A stretch of 64,000 bases of DNA from an uncultured Acidobacteriota bacterium (GTDB lineage Bacteria; Acidobacteriota; Thermoanaerobaculia; Gp7-AA8), in contig CAWGHO010000001.1 in NCBI GenBank assembly GCA_963822445.1, positions 1,408,001 through 1,472,000 on the forward strand, read 5' to 3'. Each line of letters starts with the position of its first letter. Within the stretch, counting starts at the first letter, position 1. Position numbers and translations under genes: made by a program. Positions 9,601 through 20,208 of the stretch are shown here, in pieces. The notes beneath the pieces were generated by a model. The model worked only from the letters and a program-made list of their open reading frames with translations. It was not told the origin of the DNA and made no database searches.

Positions 9601-11787
9601 ATGTCCCGGGCTCCCCTTCTCCCCGTTTTGCTCCTCGCGCTCGCCCTTCCCGGTTCGGCTTCGATCGTGGCCGGACCCGAATCTCAACTGACGTCACCGG
9701 TCGTCGAGGCGGCCGCGTTCAAGCAATCACGCGCGCGCATCGCCACCGACGGCGACGGCTTTCTCACGGTCTGGGTCGAAGGCAACTGGTCCCGCAGTGC
9801 GATTCATGGCGCACGGCTCCTGGCGGACGGCACGACGGTCGGCGAGACGCTCCAGATCGCCGCGGCACCGAGTTATGAGCCGGGCGCGGACGTCGCGTTC
9901 GGCGGCGGCCGTTATCTCGTGAGCTGGTCGGAGCTCGGCGAGGGCGTATTCGCCCGCTTCGTCGAACGCGACGGAACGATGACCGCGCCGTTCCGCCTTT
10001 CCGAGCCCAGTCCCGGCACCGCGCACCGCGCCCCGCGGATCGCGTTCAACGGCCGGCTGTTCCTCGTGGCGTGGCGCGCGAACGCGGAGCGCGCGGGTCT
10101 CGGCGCGGCGCTGGTGAGCCCGTCCGCGGGTCTCGTGAAGACGATCGATCTCGGCAGCGCGGAAGGCTATGTCGATGACTTCGCCCTCGCCGCCGCGGAC
10201 GGCTCGTTCTACCTCGCCAGCTCGCGGTTCGACGTCATCGACCGCGACGTCACCGTGACGAAGATCGAAGAGGACGGATCGTTCTCCGCGCGGCAGACAG
10301 TGGCGCCCGGCGGCCTACAAACGTCGAGCGTGCTCGGTATCTCCGGCGATGAGAATGCCCTCCTCGCATGGACCACGGTCGCCGAAAATTCGGTGCGCAC
10401 GATTCACAGCTTCCGCGCCGGCGCCGGCGGCATCGGGCCGGTCGAATCGTTCGACATCGGCTTCGATCAACTCGACGCGCTCGTGGCCGATCACTCGGGT
10501 CATCTGATCATCTTCGGCAGCGCGATCTCGCGAAAGGCGCAGCGCGCCGGCACAACCGAGACATTCGAGATCTCTTCCCCGCCGCCGAGCTCGCGAGTCG
10601 ACGCCGGTGCGACCGGCGCGGCCGGAACAGTGCTCGTCTCGGAGACGATCGCCGTCGATCATCCCGAGGAATACGATCTTTACGCTCATCGCATCGGCGA
10701 GGAGAGCTTCGAGCCGCTGGTCACCGCCGAACGGCATCAGACCGCTCCGGAAATCGCGGCGGCCGGATCGACGCGGCTCGCGGTCTGGTCGGAGTGGAAC
10801 GCGACGGAGCGGAAGCGTGTGATCGCCGCGGCGCGCATCGACCGCAACGGGGTCGTGCTCGACCCGGTCGCGATCGAGGTCGCGGAGACGAGCGGATATC
10901 GCCTGCCGCAGCCGCGCGTCGCATCGAATGGCTCGCAGTGGCTCGTGATCTGGATCGACAAAGGCACGCTCAAAGCCGCGCGCGTGTCGCGCACAGGGCG
11001 GCTGCTCGACGAGACGCCGGCGACCATCGCCTTGTTCGTCGTTTACTCGGACGACGTCGAGGTCGCGTGGGATGGCAGCTCGTACGTCATCGTCTACATC
11101 ATCGGCACGCCGACACGCCTCGGCGCGCAGATGAATGTCATCGCCGCGCGCGTTTCGGCGGAGGGCGAGGTTCTGACGCCGTACTCCGTGCTGTCGCCGA
11201 ACGGGGCCTACTTCGAGCCGGCCATCGCTGCCGGGCCGTCAGGCTCGCTGGTGGTCTGGACGGCGACGGTTGCCGGGCGAACCGAGGGGGCGTTGCTGTC
11301 GCGGACGGGGACGGTGACGCCGATTGCTTTCCCGCGGGACGGCATCGCTGTTCGCTACGCGGCCGTCGCGTGGAACGGCGACACGTTCCTCGTGGCGGCG
11401 CCGTTTGCGGACGGCGCGATCCGCTGGTTTTTCGTCAGCGAGACCGGCGTGGTGACGGCGGCGCCCGCGCTCACCTCGCTGCCATGGGCGATGCCGGAGA
11501 CCGCGCGAATGACCGCGGTCGAAGTGCAACCGCACGGCGACGGCTTCCTGCTGACGTATGTGAATGAAGGGACGATCGTCGCCGCGGTCATCAACCGCGC
11601 GGGTTACGTCGAAGAGCTGCCGGTGGTGGTCGCGCGGCTCAATCCGCAGGAGAAGAGCTTCGGCATGAGCGGATCGACGATCGTGTACGCGCGGCAGACC
11701 GACCCGGTGCACGATCTGCTCTCGCGCATTTTCATGAGAGAGCTGAAGATCGTTGTTGATCCGCCGCGCAGACGTACGGTGCGTTAG
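9601..11787 (+). CDS. Large secreted beta-propeller-like repeat protein ending in PPRRRTVR
   Basis: Signal peptide MSRAPLLPVLLLALAL; repeated P.(V/I)A..G..(F/Y)LVxW blades. Confidence 0.7.
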   Translation: MSRAPLLPVLLLALALPGSASIVAGPESQLTSPVVEAAAFKQSRARIATDGDGFLTVWVEGNWSRSAIHGARLLADGTTVGETLQIAAAPSYEPGADVAFGGGRYLVSWSELGEGVFARFVERDGTMTAPFRLSEPSPGTAHRAPRIAFNGRLFLVAWRANAERAGLGAALVSPSAGLVKTIDLGSAEGYVDDFALAAADGSFYLASSRFDVIDRDVTVTKIEEDGSFSARQTVAPGGLQTSSVLGISGDENALLAWTTVAENSVRTIHSFRAGAGGIGPVESFDIGFDQLDALVADHSGHLIIFGSAISRKAQRAGTTETFEISSPPPSSRVDAGATGAAGTVLVSETIAVDHPEEYDLYAHRIGEESFEPLVTAERHQTAPEIAAAGSTRLAVWSEWNATERKRVIAAARIDRNGVVLDPVAIEVAETSGYRLPQPRVASNGSQWLVIWIDKGTLKAARVSRTGRLLDETPATIALFVVYSDDVEVAWDGSSYVIVYIIGTPTRLGAQMNVIAARVSAEGEVLTPYSVLSPNGAYFEPAIAAGPSGSLVVWTATVAGRTEGALLSRTGTVTPIAFPRDGIAVRYAAVAWNGDTFLVAAPFADGAIRWFFVSETGVVTAAPALTSLPWAMPETARMTAVEVQPHGDGFLLTYVNEGTIVAAVINRAGYVEELPVVVARLNPQEKSFGMSGSTIVYARQTDPVHDLLSRIFMRELKIVVDPPRRRTVR

Positions 11788-13233
11788 AGGTTCACCCAGA
11801 CGCTCTTGGTCTGCGTGTACTTCTCCAGCGCGTCGCGACCCTGATCGCGGCCGAATCCCGACTCCTTGAATCCACCGAAAGGCAGGGCCGGGTCGTACAG
11901 GTTGTACGTGTTCACCCAGACCGTTCCGGCCTTCAGCGCGCGCGCGATCTTGTGGGCCTTCGACACGTCGCGGGTCCAGACCGCTGCGGCGAGTCCATAG
12001 ACCGTGGCGTTGCCTTTGGCGACGGCATCATCGGCGTCTTTGAAGCGGATCGTGGCCAGGACCGGGCCGAAGATTTCTTCGCGGGCGATGCGATGGTCGG
12101 CGTCGACGTCGGTGAAGATCGTCGGCTTCACGAAGTAGCCCTTGCCGGTGCCGATGTCGGTGCGCTCGCCACCGGTGAGCAGCGTTGCGCCTTCGCTCTT
12201 CCCCGCTTCGATGTAGGAAAGCACGGTGTCCATCTGGTCTTTGGAGACGATGGCGCCGAGGCGGGTTTTGGGGTGGAGGGGGTCGCCGGCGACCATCTTC
12301 GAGGCCCGCTCGGCGACTTTTTCCATGAACGCGTCGTGCACCGATTCCTCGACCAGCAGGCGCGAGCCCGCGGCGCAGACTTCGCCTTTGCCGTAGAAGA
12401 TCGCGTTGAGCGCACCGCGCGATGCCGCTTCGAGATCGGCGTCTGCGAGGACGATGTTCGGGGACTTCCCGCCCAGTTCGAGGGAGATCTTTTTCAAGCG
12501 TTTTCGACGCGCGGGCCATGAGCTGCCGTCCCACTTCCGTCGAACCGGTGAAGGCGATCGCGTCGACGCCGGGATGATCGACGATCGCGTTGCCGACCAC
12601 GCTTCCGCGGCCGGGAATCACGTTGAGCACGCCCGCTGGCAGGCCGCACTCTTTCGCGTACTCAGCGAATTTCAGAAGGGAGAGCGAGGTGTTGGATGCC
12701 GGCTTGATGACGACCGTGTTTCCGCACGCCAGCGCAGGCGCGATCTTCCAGACCGCGAGCATGAGCGGGAAGTTCCACGGAGTGATCGCGCCGACGACAC
12801 CAACCGGCTCGCGCAGCGTGTACGTGAAAGCGTTGTCGGCGACGGGAATCGTGTCGCCGGTGACTTTCCCCGACCAGCCCGCGAAGTAGTAAAGGCACTC
12901 CGCGGCCGCGGGGGTGTCGACGAACTGCGATTCGAAAATCGGCTTGCCGTTGTCGATGGTCTCGATGCGCCCGATCTCGTCCGCCTTCGCGGTGAGCATG
13001 TCCGCGATCCGCCAGAGCACTTTCGCGCGGTCGCGAGGCTTCATCTTCTGCCACTCCGACCCCGGTTCCATCTGCGCCCGCGCGGCCTTCACCGCCGCGT
13101 CGACGTCTTCCGGACCGGCGGATGCAACATCCGCGATCTTTTCCTCGGTCGCAGGGTTGGTGGTGGCGAACGTCTCGCCGGATTGGGCGTCGGTGAAGTC
13201 ACCGTTGATGAAGAGCTGGGTTTGCATGGTCAT
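11784..13233 (-). CDS. Aldehyde dehydrogenase (frameshift near 12497, likely a sequencing error)
   Basis: ITPWNFP, FTGSTEVG, LELGGKSP, catalytic Cys in GEVCAAG and EEIFGPV, spread over two frames. Confidence 0.9.
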
Positions 13234-14339
13234 TTCGCTGCGACTTCCTCGACATACGGCGTGATCTCGAAGTTCTTCACGTACATCGCGTGGATCTCTT
13301 CCATCTCCGCATCGGTCAGCGGTGCGTGTTCGGATGCGGCGGCGAACTCCTCGATCTGCTCTTCGTCGTAGATGTTCGGCAGCGCGGAGACGATCGACGG
13401 ATGGGCGTAGAGCCAGAGCAGCGCGAGCTGGCCGATGGTTACGCCGCGGTTCTCGCAGAGCGGTTTCAGGCGCTCGACTTTCTGGATTCCTTCGACCAGC
13501 CAGGAGCGCGGACGGTGGGAGCGGTGGTCGCTCTCGTCGAACTTCGTGTCGATCGTGTACTTGCCCTCGAGCATGCCCGAGGAGTGGGTGACGCGGATGA
13601 GGAACTGCGGGCCGGCGTCCGACTTCCATGCGCGGAACTCGGGCTCGAACGCGCTGGTGGTCTCGCACAGCCGCTTGCTGGTCTCGCCCTGCATCGCACC
13701 GGCAACCGCGCCGTACGACGCCCCGCGCTCGGCGGCGAGCATGAACTCGCGTCCCGGATCCTGCTCGAGGACGTTGTAGATCATCTGCGTGACTGGCGCG
13801 CGGCGCACGGCGGCGGAGTAAATCCCCTCGTCGCGCCAGCCGATGGCGGGACCGAGCGACGGACCGTAGGAGAAGATCTTCCCCTCTTCCTTCAGCCGCT
13901 CCAGCGTTTCCCAATGCTCGTCGGTGAGCAGCGTGGTGACGCGCGGGTTGTGCGGCTGATAGATCGCGACGTGATCGGTGCCGAGCCGCTTCAGCGACTG
14001 CTCGAGCGCGAAGCGGACGAACGCCGGCGAGAAGTCCTGGGGCAGCTCGCGCTGGCCGCGGGGACGCTCGGGATTGTTGTAGAAGTCGTAGCCGAACTTC
14101 GTGCCGACGGCGAGCTCGGGATGATCTTTGAGGATCGGCGCGAGGACGGTTTCGCCGCGGCCGTTGCCGTAAGCGTCGGCGGTATCGATGTAGTTGATGC
14201 CGCGAGCGATGGCCGCGCGGATGATGCGCTGCGCGTCGTCGTCGGTGTACGTCCCCCACCAGCCGGTGGTGACGGTCCAGGTGCCGAAGCCGAGCTCGGA
14301 AATCGCGATGTCGGTGCCGTGCAGGTTGCGATATCTCAT
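13230..14339 (-). CDS. Aldo/keto reductase
   Basis: GFGTW, DTADAYG, GTKFG, LEQSLKRLGTD. Confidence 0.9.
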   Translation of the reverse strand: MRYRNLHGTDIAISELGFGTWTVTTGWWGTYTDDDAQRIIRAAIARGINYIDTADAYGNGRGETVLAPILKDHPELAVGTKFGYDFYNNPERPRGQRELPQDFSPAFVRFALEQSLKRLGTDHVAIYQPHNPRVTTLLTDEHWETLERLKEEGKIFSYGPSLGPAIGWRDEGIYSAAVRRAPVTQMIYNVLEQDPGREFMLAAERGASYGAVAGAMQGETSKRLCETTSAFEPEFRAWKSDAGPQFLIRVTHSSGMLEGKYTIDTKFDESDHRSHRPRSWLVEGIQKVERLKPLCENRGVTIGQLALLWLYAHPSIVSALPNIYDEEQIEEFAAASEHAPLTDAEMEEIHAMYVKNFEITPYVEEVAAK

Positions 14340-14343
14340 ATCT

Positions 14344-14417
14344 GGGTTTCGAGGTTACGAGGTCGCGGGGTTACGGGGTACCCACCTCGTGACCCCGTAA
14401 CCTCGTGACCCCGTAAC
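14344..14417. repeat. Inverted tandem 8-mer hairpin, GRGGTTAC family, copy 2
   Basis: GAGGTTAC GAGGTCGC GGGGTTAC GGGG ... CCTCGTGA CCCCGTAA CCTCGTGA CCCCGTAA. Confidence 0.85.
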
Positions 14418-14427
14418 GTCCGGCCGC

Positions 14428-15229
14428 TCAGCGGCCGGAGAATTCCGCCTTTCGCCTCTCGTTATACGCCGCCAGCCCTTCCTTCGCATCGTCGCTCTGG
14501 AAGAGTTGCTGCTGCAGCTCGCGCTCGAGGGCAAGACCGGATTCGATGGGAATCTCCCAGCCAGTCTGCACGGCGCGCTTGATGCGGCCGACCGCTTTCG
14601 CCGCCTTGTTCGGCGGGCAGAAGCTCCAGGCGTACTCCATGACCCGGTCCCACCACTTCTTCCCGTCTTCCTCGGCCGGCCAGACGTAGTTCACCACGCC
14701 GAGCTCGCAGGGCTTTTTCGAACTCGTGCAAGCCGCCTTCGACCATCAACTCGATCGATTTCGTTTTGCCGACGAGGCGCGAGAGCCGCTGCGTGCCGCC
14801 CGTACCGGGGAGAACGCCGAGGTTGACTTCCGGGAGGCCCCATTTGCCGGAGCCCTTGAGGGCGATGCGGATGTCGGCGGCGAGCGCGATCTCCAGTCCG
14901 CCGCCGACGGTGTGCCCGTTCAGCGCGGCGATGACGAGCTTCGGCGTCTGCTCGAGCCGGTTCATGGTCTCGTTCGCGTGCAGGCAGAAGTAGTACTTGA
15001 ACTGCGGCGTGACCTCGGAAAGCATCTTGATGTTCGCGCCGGCGGAGAAGAACTTCTCGCCCGCGCCGCGCAGCACGATCACGTGCACTTCGTCGTCCAT
15101 CCGCGCGCGCAGGATGCAGTCATCCAGCTCGCGGTTCATCTCGTAGGTGTAGGTGTTCGCGGGCGGATCGTTCAGCTCGAAGATCGCGACGCCCTTTTCA
15201 ACGCGGTAGTCGATGAGGGTTCCAGCCAT
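14428..15229 (-). CDS. Enoyl-CoA hydratase/isomerase family protein, BoxC-like (frameshift near 14710)
   Basis: FFSAGANIKML, GGGLEIALAADIR, GLPEVNLGVLPGTGGTQRL; the C-terminus is in a second frame. Confidence 0.85.
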
Positions 15230-15246
15230 AGGGCGGCGATTCTAGT

Positions 15247-16317
15247 TCAGAGCCCATCCCCGAACGAGATCCCCAGACTGCGCGCTGCCGACACCATCTG
15301 CCCCGCGGGATCGACGTACTTCGGCCGGGAGACGGCATCGCTGATGTTCACGTCGACGATCGCGTCGGAGCGCACGGCCACCATCCGCCCGAACTTCTTT
15401 TGCGCGACGAGATCCGCGGCGTGCTTGCCGAACCGGCTGGCCAGGATGCGGTCGAAGGCGATCGGTGAGCCGCCGCGCTGCACGTGTCCGAGGACTGTGA
15501 CGCGGATCTCGAGATCGATGTGCTGCTGGATCTCGGACGCGACCTGATAGGCGATGCCGCCGAGGCGGCGCGAGGCCTTGTCGACGTAAGCCTCTTCGCC
15601 GCCGACGCGCATGGCCCCCTCGGCCACGACCACGATGTCGAATCGCGCCCCTTCCCCCTGCCGTTCGCGGATCATCTCCACGATCGCTTCGGGGCGGTAG
15701 GGGATCTCGGGGATGAGGATGATGTCCGCGCCGCCGGCCATGCCCGCGTGGAGCGCGATCCAGCCCGCGTTGCGGCCCATGACCTCGAGGATCATCACCC
15801 GGTCGTGGCTCTCGGCCGTGGTGTGCAGGCGGTCGACGGCATCGGTCGCGACGGCGACCGCGGTATGGAAGCCGAAGGTGTAGTCGGTCGCCGCGAGATC
15901 GTTGTCGATCGTCTTCGGGCACGGCCACCATGGGGATGCCCATCTCGCAGAGCCGCTGGGCGATCCGCAGCGTGCCGTCGCCGCCGATGGCGATGATGCC
16001 GTCGATGCCGAGCTCGCGGATGTTGTCGACGCACTCCTGCGAGCGGTCCTCGACGGCACGCCGTCCGGCCCGGGATACTCGAACGGGTTGCCGCGGTTGG
16101 TGGTGCGCAGCAGCGTTCCGCCTTGCGGCAGCATGCCCGCGGCATCGGACTCGAGCGTGAGCGGAACGATGGCCTTCGTGAGCAGCCCTTCGAAGCCGAG
16201 CTGGATGCCGACCACCTCCATCCCGTAGTCGCGCACGAGGGTTCTGACCGCCGCGCGGATGACTGCGTTGAGACCGGGACAATCGCCGCCGCCGGTGAGG
16301 ATGCCGATGCGTTTCAT
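15247..16317 (-). CDS. pfkA: 6-phosphofructokinase (compensating frameshifts)
   Basis: LTGGGDCPGLNAVIR, IGGDGT (alternate frame), PKTIDND, EVMGRNAGWIA, LGHVQRGG. Confidence 0.92.
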   Translation of the reverse strand: MKRIGILTGGGDCPGLNAVIRAAVRTLVRDYGMEVVGIQLGFEGLLTKAIVPLTLESDAAGMLPQGGTLLRTTNRGNPFEYPGPDGVPSRTARRSASTTSASSASTASSPSAATARCGSPSGSARWASPWWPCPKTIDNDLAATDYTFGFHTAVAVATDAVDRLHTTAESHDRVMILEVMGRNAGWIALHAGMAGGADIILIPEIPYRPEAIVEMIRERQGEGARFDIVVVAEGAMRVGGEEAYVDKASRRLGGIAYQVASEIQQHIDLEIRVTVLGHVQRGGSPIAFDRILASRFGKHAADLVAQKKFGRMVAVRSDAIVDVNISDAVSRPKYVDPAGQMVSAARSLGISFGDGL

Positions 16318-16423
16318 GGGCGGAGCACTATCAGAGAGGAGGACCGGTCTGCGGCCGGCAGTAGACGTGAGCGGTGTCACGTCTGCCGGTTCGCCCTGCC
16401 TACTGCGACTGCCAGCGCTCTTG

Positions 16424-16439
16424 TGGCACTGCCATTGCT
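16424..16439 (+). promoter_or_regulatory. Sigma-54 -24/-12 promoter candidate
   Basis: TGGCACTGCCATTGCT matches TGGCAC-N5-TTGCW exactly; 35 nt upstream of the GlsB-like gene. Confidence 0.75.
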
Positions 16440-16474
16440 CAGCAGTACCCGCGCGTCAACTTGGAGGAAAACAG

Positions 16475-16729
16475 ATGAATATCATTGGATGGATCCTGTT
16501 CGGCCTGGTCGTCGGCGCGATCGCAAAGTTCTTGATGCCTGGTAGCGATCCGGGCGGCTGGATCGTCACCATTCTTCTCGGCATCGCCGGCTCGTTCGTC
16601 GGCGGCTTCCTGGCCACGACCCTCATGGGACGCGATCAGGCCGCGGCGGGATGGATCGGCTCGATCATCGGCGCGATCGTTCTGCTGTTCATCTATCGCC
16701 TGATCGTCGGCCGTCGTCGAATCGCTTGA
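16475..16729 (+). CDS. GlsB/YeaQ/YmgE family (transglycosylase-associated) membrane protein
   Basis: MNIIGWILFGLVVGAIAKFLMPG...TILLGIAGSFVGG; SD GGAGG. Confidence 0.9.
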   Translation: MNIIGWILFGLVVGAIAKFLMPGSDPGGWIVTILLGIAGSFVGGFLATTLMGRDQAAAGWIGSIIGAIVLLFIYRLIVGRRRIA

Positions 16730-16759
16730 CCTCAATCCCGAAGTACCTACCCCCTGGTC

Positions 16760-16796
16760 CGGGCCTCGCGTGAGCGAGGCCCGTTTTCGTTTTTGT
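16760..16796 (+). terminator. Intrinsic terminator
   Basis: CGGGCCTCGC-gtga-GCGAGGCCCG followed by TTTTCGTTTTT. Confidence 0.8.
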
Positions 16797-16810
16797 AACC
16801 CACCACCTCC

Positions 16811-16838
16811 GGAACATTTGGTCACGCTGTCCGTCTGA
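16811..16838 (+). promoter_or_regulatory. Sigma-E (ECF)-type promoter candidate for htrA
   Basis: GGAACA-N16-GTCTGA, resembling RpoE promoters known to drive degP/htrA. Confidence 0.65.
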
Positions 16839-16867
16839 AACGTACAGCGGGAATCGGGGCCGCCCGC

Positions 16868-16883
16868 TGGCACTTACGCTGCA
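16868..16883 (+). promoter_or_regulatory. Sigma-54 promoter candidate for htrA
   Basis: TGGCACTTACGCTGCA with correct GG/GC spacing. Confidence 0.55.
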
Positions 16884-16955
16884 CGGCAAGGCTGCTCGTT
16901 CAAAACGCCCGGTTCTGCTTCCTCACGCAGCCACCCAGGAGGAGTTAACAACCTT

Positions 16956-18504
16956 ATGAGCCATCCACGAAGAGGGTTCTTTCGACGATCGCCATCGTCA
17001 TCGCGTCGGTGGCTTTCGGCATCCTCATCAGCGCCGACCTCGGCCTGATGCCGAAATCGAAAGCACAGACGGTCACCAGTCAGCCATCCGGCGCCTCGGT
17101 CCCGTCCGTCACCATCCCGTCATTCGCCGACGTCGCCGCGCGCGTCATGCCCGCGGTCGTCTCGATCCGGTCCACCGAGATCGTGAGCGAGCAACCAGCG
17201 CCGCCGCAAGTTCGGCATCGACCCGTTCGAGTTCTTCTTCCCCGATCCGCAGAATCCGAATCGGCGCCGCAGCCCGCAGGAGCGCGAGAGGAAGAGGAAG
17301 AGCGCCGCCAGGAAAGCGGCGGCTCGGGCTTCATCATCTCGCCCGAGGGACTACATCCTCACGAACAACCACGTCATCGAAGGCGCGACGCAAGGTCGAA
17401 GTCCACTACGGCGCCGACGAGAATGGCAACGGCGGCCGGACCATCGAAGCCAAAGTCGTCGGACGCGATCCTGCCACCGACACGGCCCTCCTGAAGATCG
17501 ACACCGAGCCAGCCGCTCCCCTTCATCCGCCTCGGCGACTCCGACCGCATCCGCAAGGGTGACTGGGCCATCGCCATCGGCCATCCCTTCCAGTTCGAGA
17601 ACACCTCACCGTCGGCGTGATCTCGGCGAAGGGCCGCTCGCTCTGCCTGAGCCGCGAGACGCAGTCCTTCGAGAACTTCATCCAGACCGACGCCGCGATC
17701 AACTTCGGCAACTCCGGCGGCCCGCTGCTCAACATCGCCGGCGAAGTGGTCGGCATCAACACCGCCATCCGCGGCGGCGCGACCGGACTCGGATTCGCGA
17801 CGCCGATCAACACCGCCAAGATCCTTCTGCCTCAGCTCAAGGAAGGCAAAGTCATCCGCGGCTACCTCGGCATGAACATCACCGATGTCAGCCAGGAGAT
17901 CCAGGAAGCGTTCGAGCTGCCCGAGGCCCGCGGCGCTCTGGTGCAGTTCGTCGAGCCGGGCAAGCCTGCCGAGAAGGCCGGCATCAAGCCGGGCGACGTC
18001 ATCATCGAAGTCGACGGCAAGCCCATTCGCAACAACCGCGAGCTGATCGACTACATCTCCTACCAGCCGGTCGGCAGCGACGTTCGCATCACGCTGCTCC
18101 GCGAGGGCAAGCGCCAGACCGTCTCGGCCAAGACCGCGCAGCGGCCGCTGGAGACCGATGACGAAGAGGAAAGCAACAGCGAGACGCCGTCCGAACCGGT
18201 CCGCAACAAGCTCGGCATGTCCGTGCAGAATCTGACGGCCGAACTGCGGCGCACGTACAACATCCCGGCGAGCGTCTCCGGCGTCATCGTCACCGACGTG
18301 AAGAACGTCTCGCCGGCCGGCGAGGCGAACATGAACGAAGGCGACGTGATCAGCGACGTGCAGGGACAGCGCGTGAACAACGTCGAAGAGTTCCGCGCCG
18401 TCACCGATCGCCTGCGAGCGGGCCAGCGCGTGCGCATGTACGTGACCACGCCGACGCGCACCGGCGCTCCGATCTCGACTTATCGAATTCTGCAGGTACC
18501 GTAA
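16956..18504 (+). CDS. htrA: DegP/DegQ (HtrA) serine protease with two PDZ domains (several frameshifts)
   Basis: GSGFII, TNNHV, IQTDAAINFGNSGGPL, two PDZ domains; SD AGGAGG. Confidence 0.9.
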
Positions 18505-18543
18505 CTTCAGCCTGAAAACGCGCGCCGACTACAATCGCGCCGC

Positions 18544-19607
18544 ATGAATGAAGAGTTCATGCGGCGCGCTCTGTTTTTCGCGGAGCAGGGCCGTTACTCG
18601 ACCAGCCCCAACCCGATGGTCGGGTGCGTCATCGTTCGCGATGGCGACGTCATCGCCGAGGGCTGGCATCGCGCAGGCCGGCGAGGCGCATGCGGAGATC
18701 GAGGCGTTGCGCGCATGCGATGACGCGCGAGGGGCGACGATGTATGTGACCCTCGAGCCTTGCGCGCATCACGGACGCACGCCGCCGTGCGCCGAGGCCG
18801 TGATCGCGGCGCGGCCCGCCGCGCGTGGTCGTGGCCATGCGCGATCCTCACGACGTCGTGAATGGCCGCGGCATCGAGGCGATTCCGCGCCGCGGGCATC
18901 GAGGTCATCGAAGGCGTCTGCGAAGCCGAGGCGCGGCGGCTCAACGAGAAGTTCCTCTGGTCGGTCACGCACAACCTTCCCTTCGTGCACGCTGAAGGCG
19001 GCGATGACGCTGGACGGAAAGCTGGCCACGGTGGCGCGCGAGTCGCAGTGGATCACCTCCGAAGCCGCGCGCGAGAAGAGCCTGGCGTTGCGCGAAGAGC
19101 ACGACGCGATCGTCGTCGGCAGCGGGACGGTTCGCGCGGACAATCCGCGGCTGACCCGCCGGCTCGGGCTGTCGCAGACGCAATGGACGCGCGTCGTGCT
19201 CGACGGCGACGGCGACGTGCCGCCGCATTCGCAACTGCTGACCGACGGCGGACGAACGATCCTCTTCACCAGCAACCCCGCGCGCTACAGCGGCGCCGGC
19301 CGGAGATCGTGCCCGATCGGAAGGCCGCCCCGACCTCGCGCAGGTCTTCGGCAGAGCTGCACGCGCGCGGCATCCAGTCGCTGATCGTCGAGGGAGGCGC
19401 GATCGTGCATCGGAAGTCATCCGCCGCGGGCCTATGGCAGAAGATGATCCTCTTCGTTGCCCCGATGATCGTCGGCGGCGGCGAAGCCCCGTCGATCTTC
19501 AGCGGCGAAGGCGGTGACGCGGTTGACAGAGGCGTACCGCTTTCGCTTTGATCGGGCGGAGTTCTGGGCGGCGATCTGATGATCACCGCCTACCACTAAG
19601 CAACTAA
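18544..19607 (+). CDS. ribD: Bifunctional riboflavin deaminase/reductase (frameshifted)
   Basis: TSPNPMVG, HAEIEAL, VTLEPCAHHGRTPPC, AMTLDGK, VEGG, spread across frames. Confidence 0.9.
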
Positions 19608-20208
19608 TGTTCACCGGAATCATCCATCCACAGCGGCACCATCGACGCGCTCGAGAAGCGCGCGAACGGCGCGCGGCTGCGCATCCGCACGACCGATGCC
19701 GAAGCCGTTCACGCGCGGCGAGAGTCTGGCGGTGAACGGCGTCTGTCTGACCGTGTTGCCGGAAAGCGACGGCTCGCTGATCGCCGACTCTCCGACGAGA
19801 CGCTGTCGCGCACGACGCTCGGCTCGCTCGGCACGGGCACGCGCGTCAACACCGAGCGCGCGCTGGCCCTCGGCGATCGCATGGGCGGGCACATCGTGCA
19901 GGGCCACGTCGACACGGTGGGCATGTCGATTTCCGTCGCGACGGAGGGCGATTTCGCGGTCTATCGGTGGCGCTTCCCGGCCGAGTTCGCCGACCTGGTG
20001 GTGCAGAAGGGGTCGATCGCCGTCGACGGCGTGTCGCTGACGGTCGTCGAACCCGACGGCGACACTTTCGGCGCGGCGCTGATTCCGGAGACGCTGCTGC
20101 CGAACGAACCTCGGCACGGCGCGGCATCGGCGACGGGCGTGAACCTGAGTTCGACATGATCGCGAAGTACGTCGCGGGCCTGGTCACGCCTTACCTTCCG
20201 CGAAGTGA
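19607..20208 (+). CDS. ribE: Riboflavin synthase (frameshifted)
   Basis: MFTGII start, GESLAVNGVCLTV, GGHIVQGHVD, KGSIAVDGVSLTV. Confidence 0.9.

Noticed and set aside
18505-18543. FMN riboswitch upstream of ribD
   Set aside because: The gap is only about 39 bp and lacks RFN motifs.
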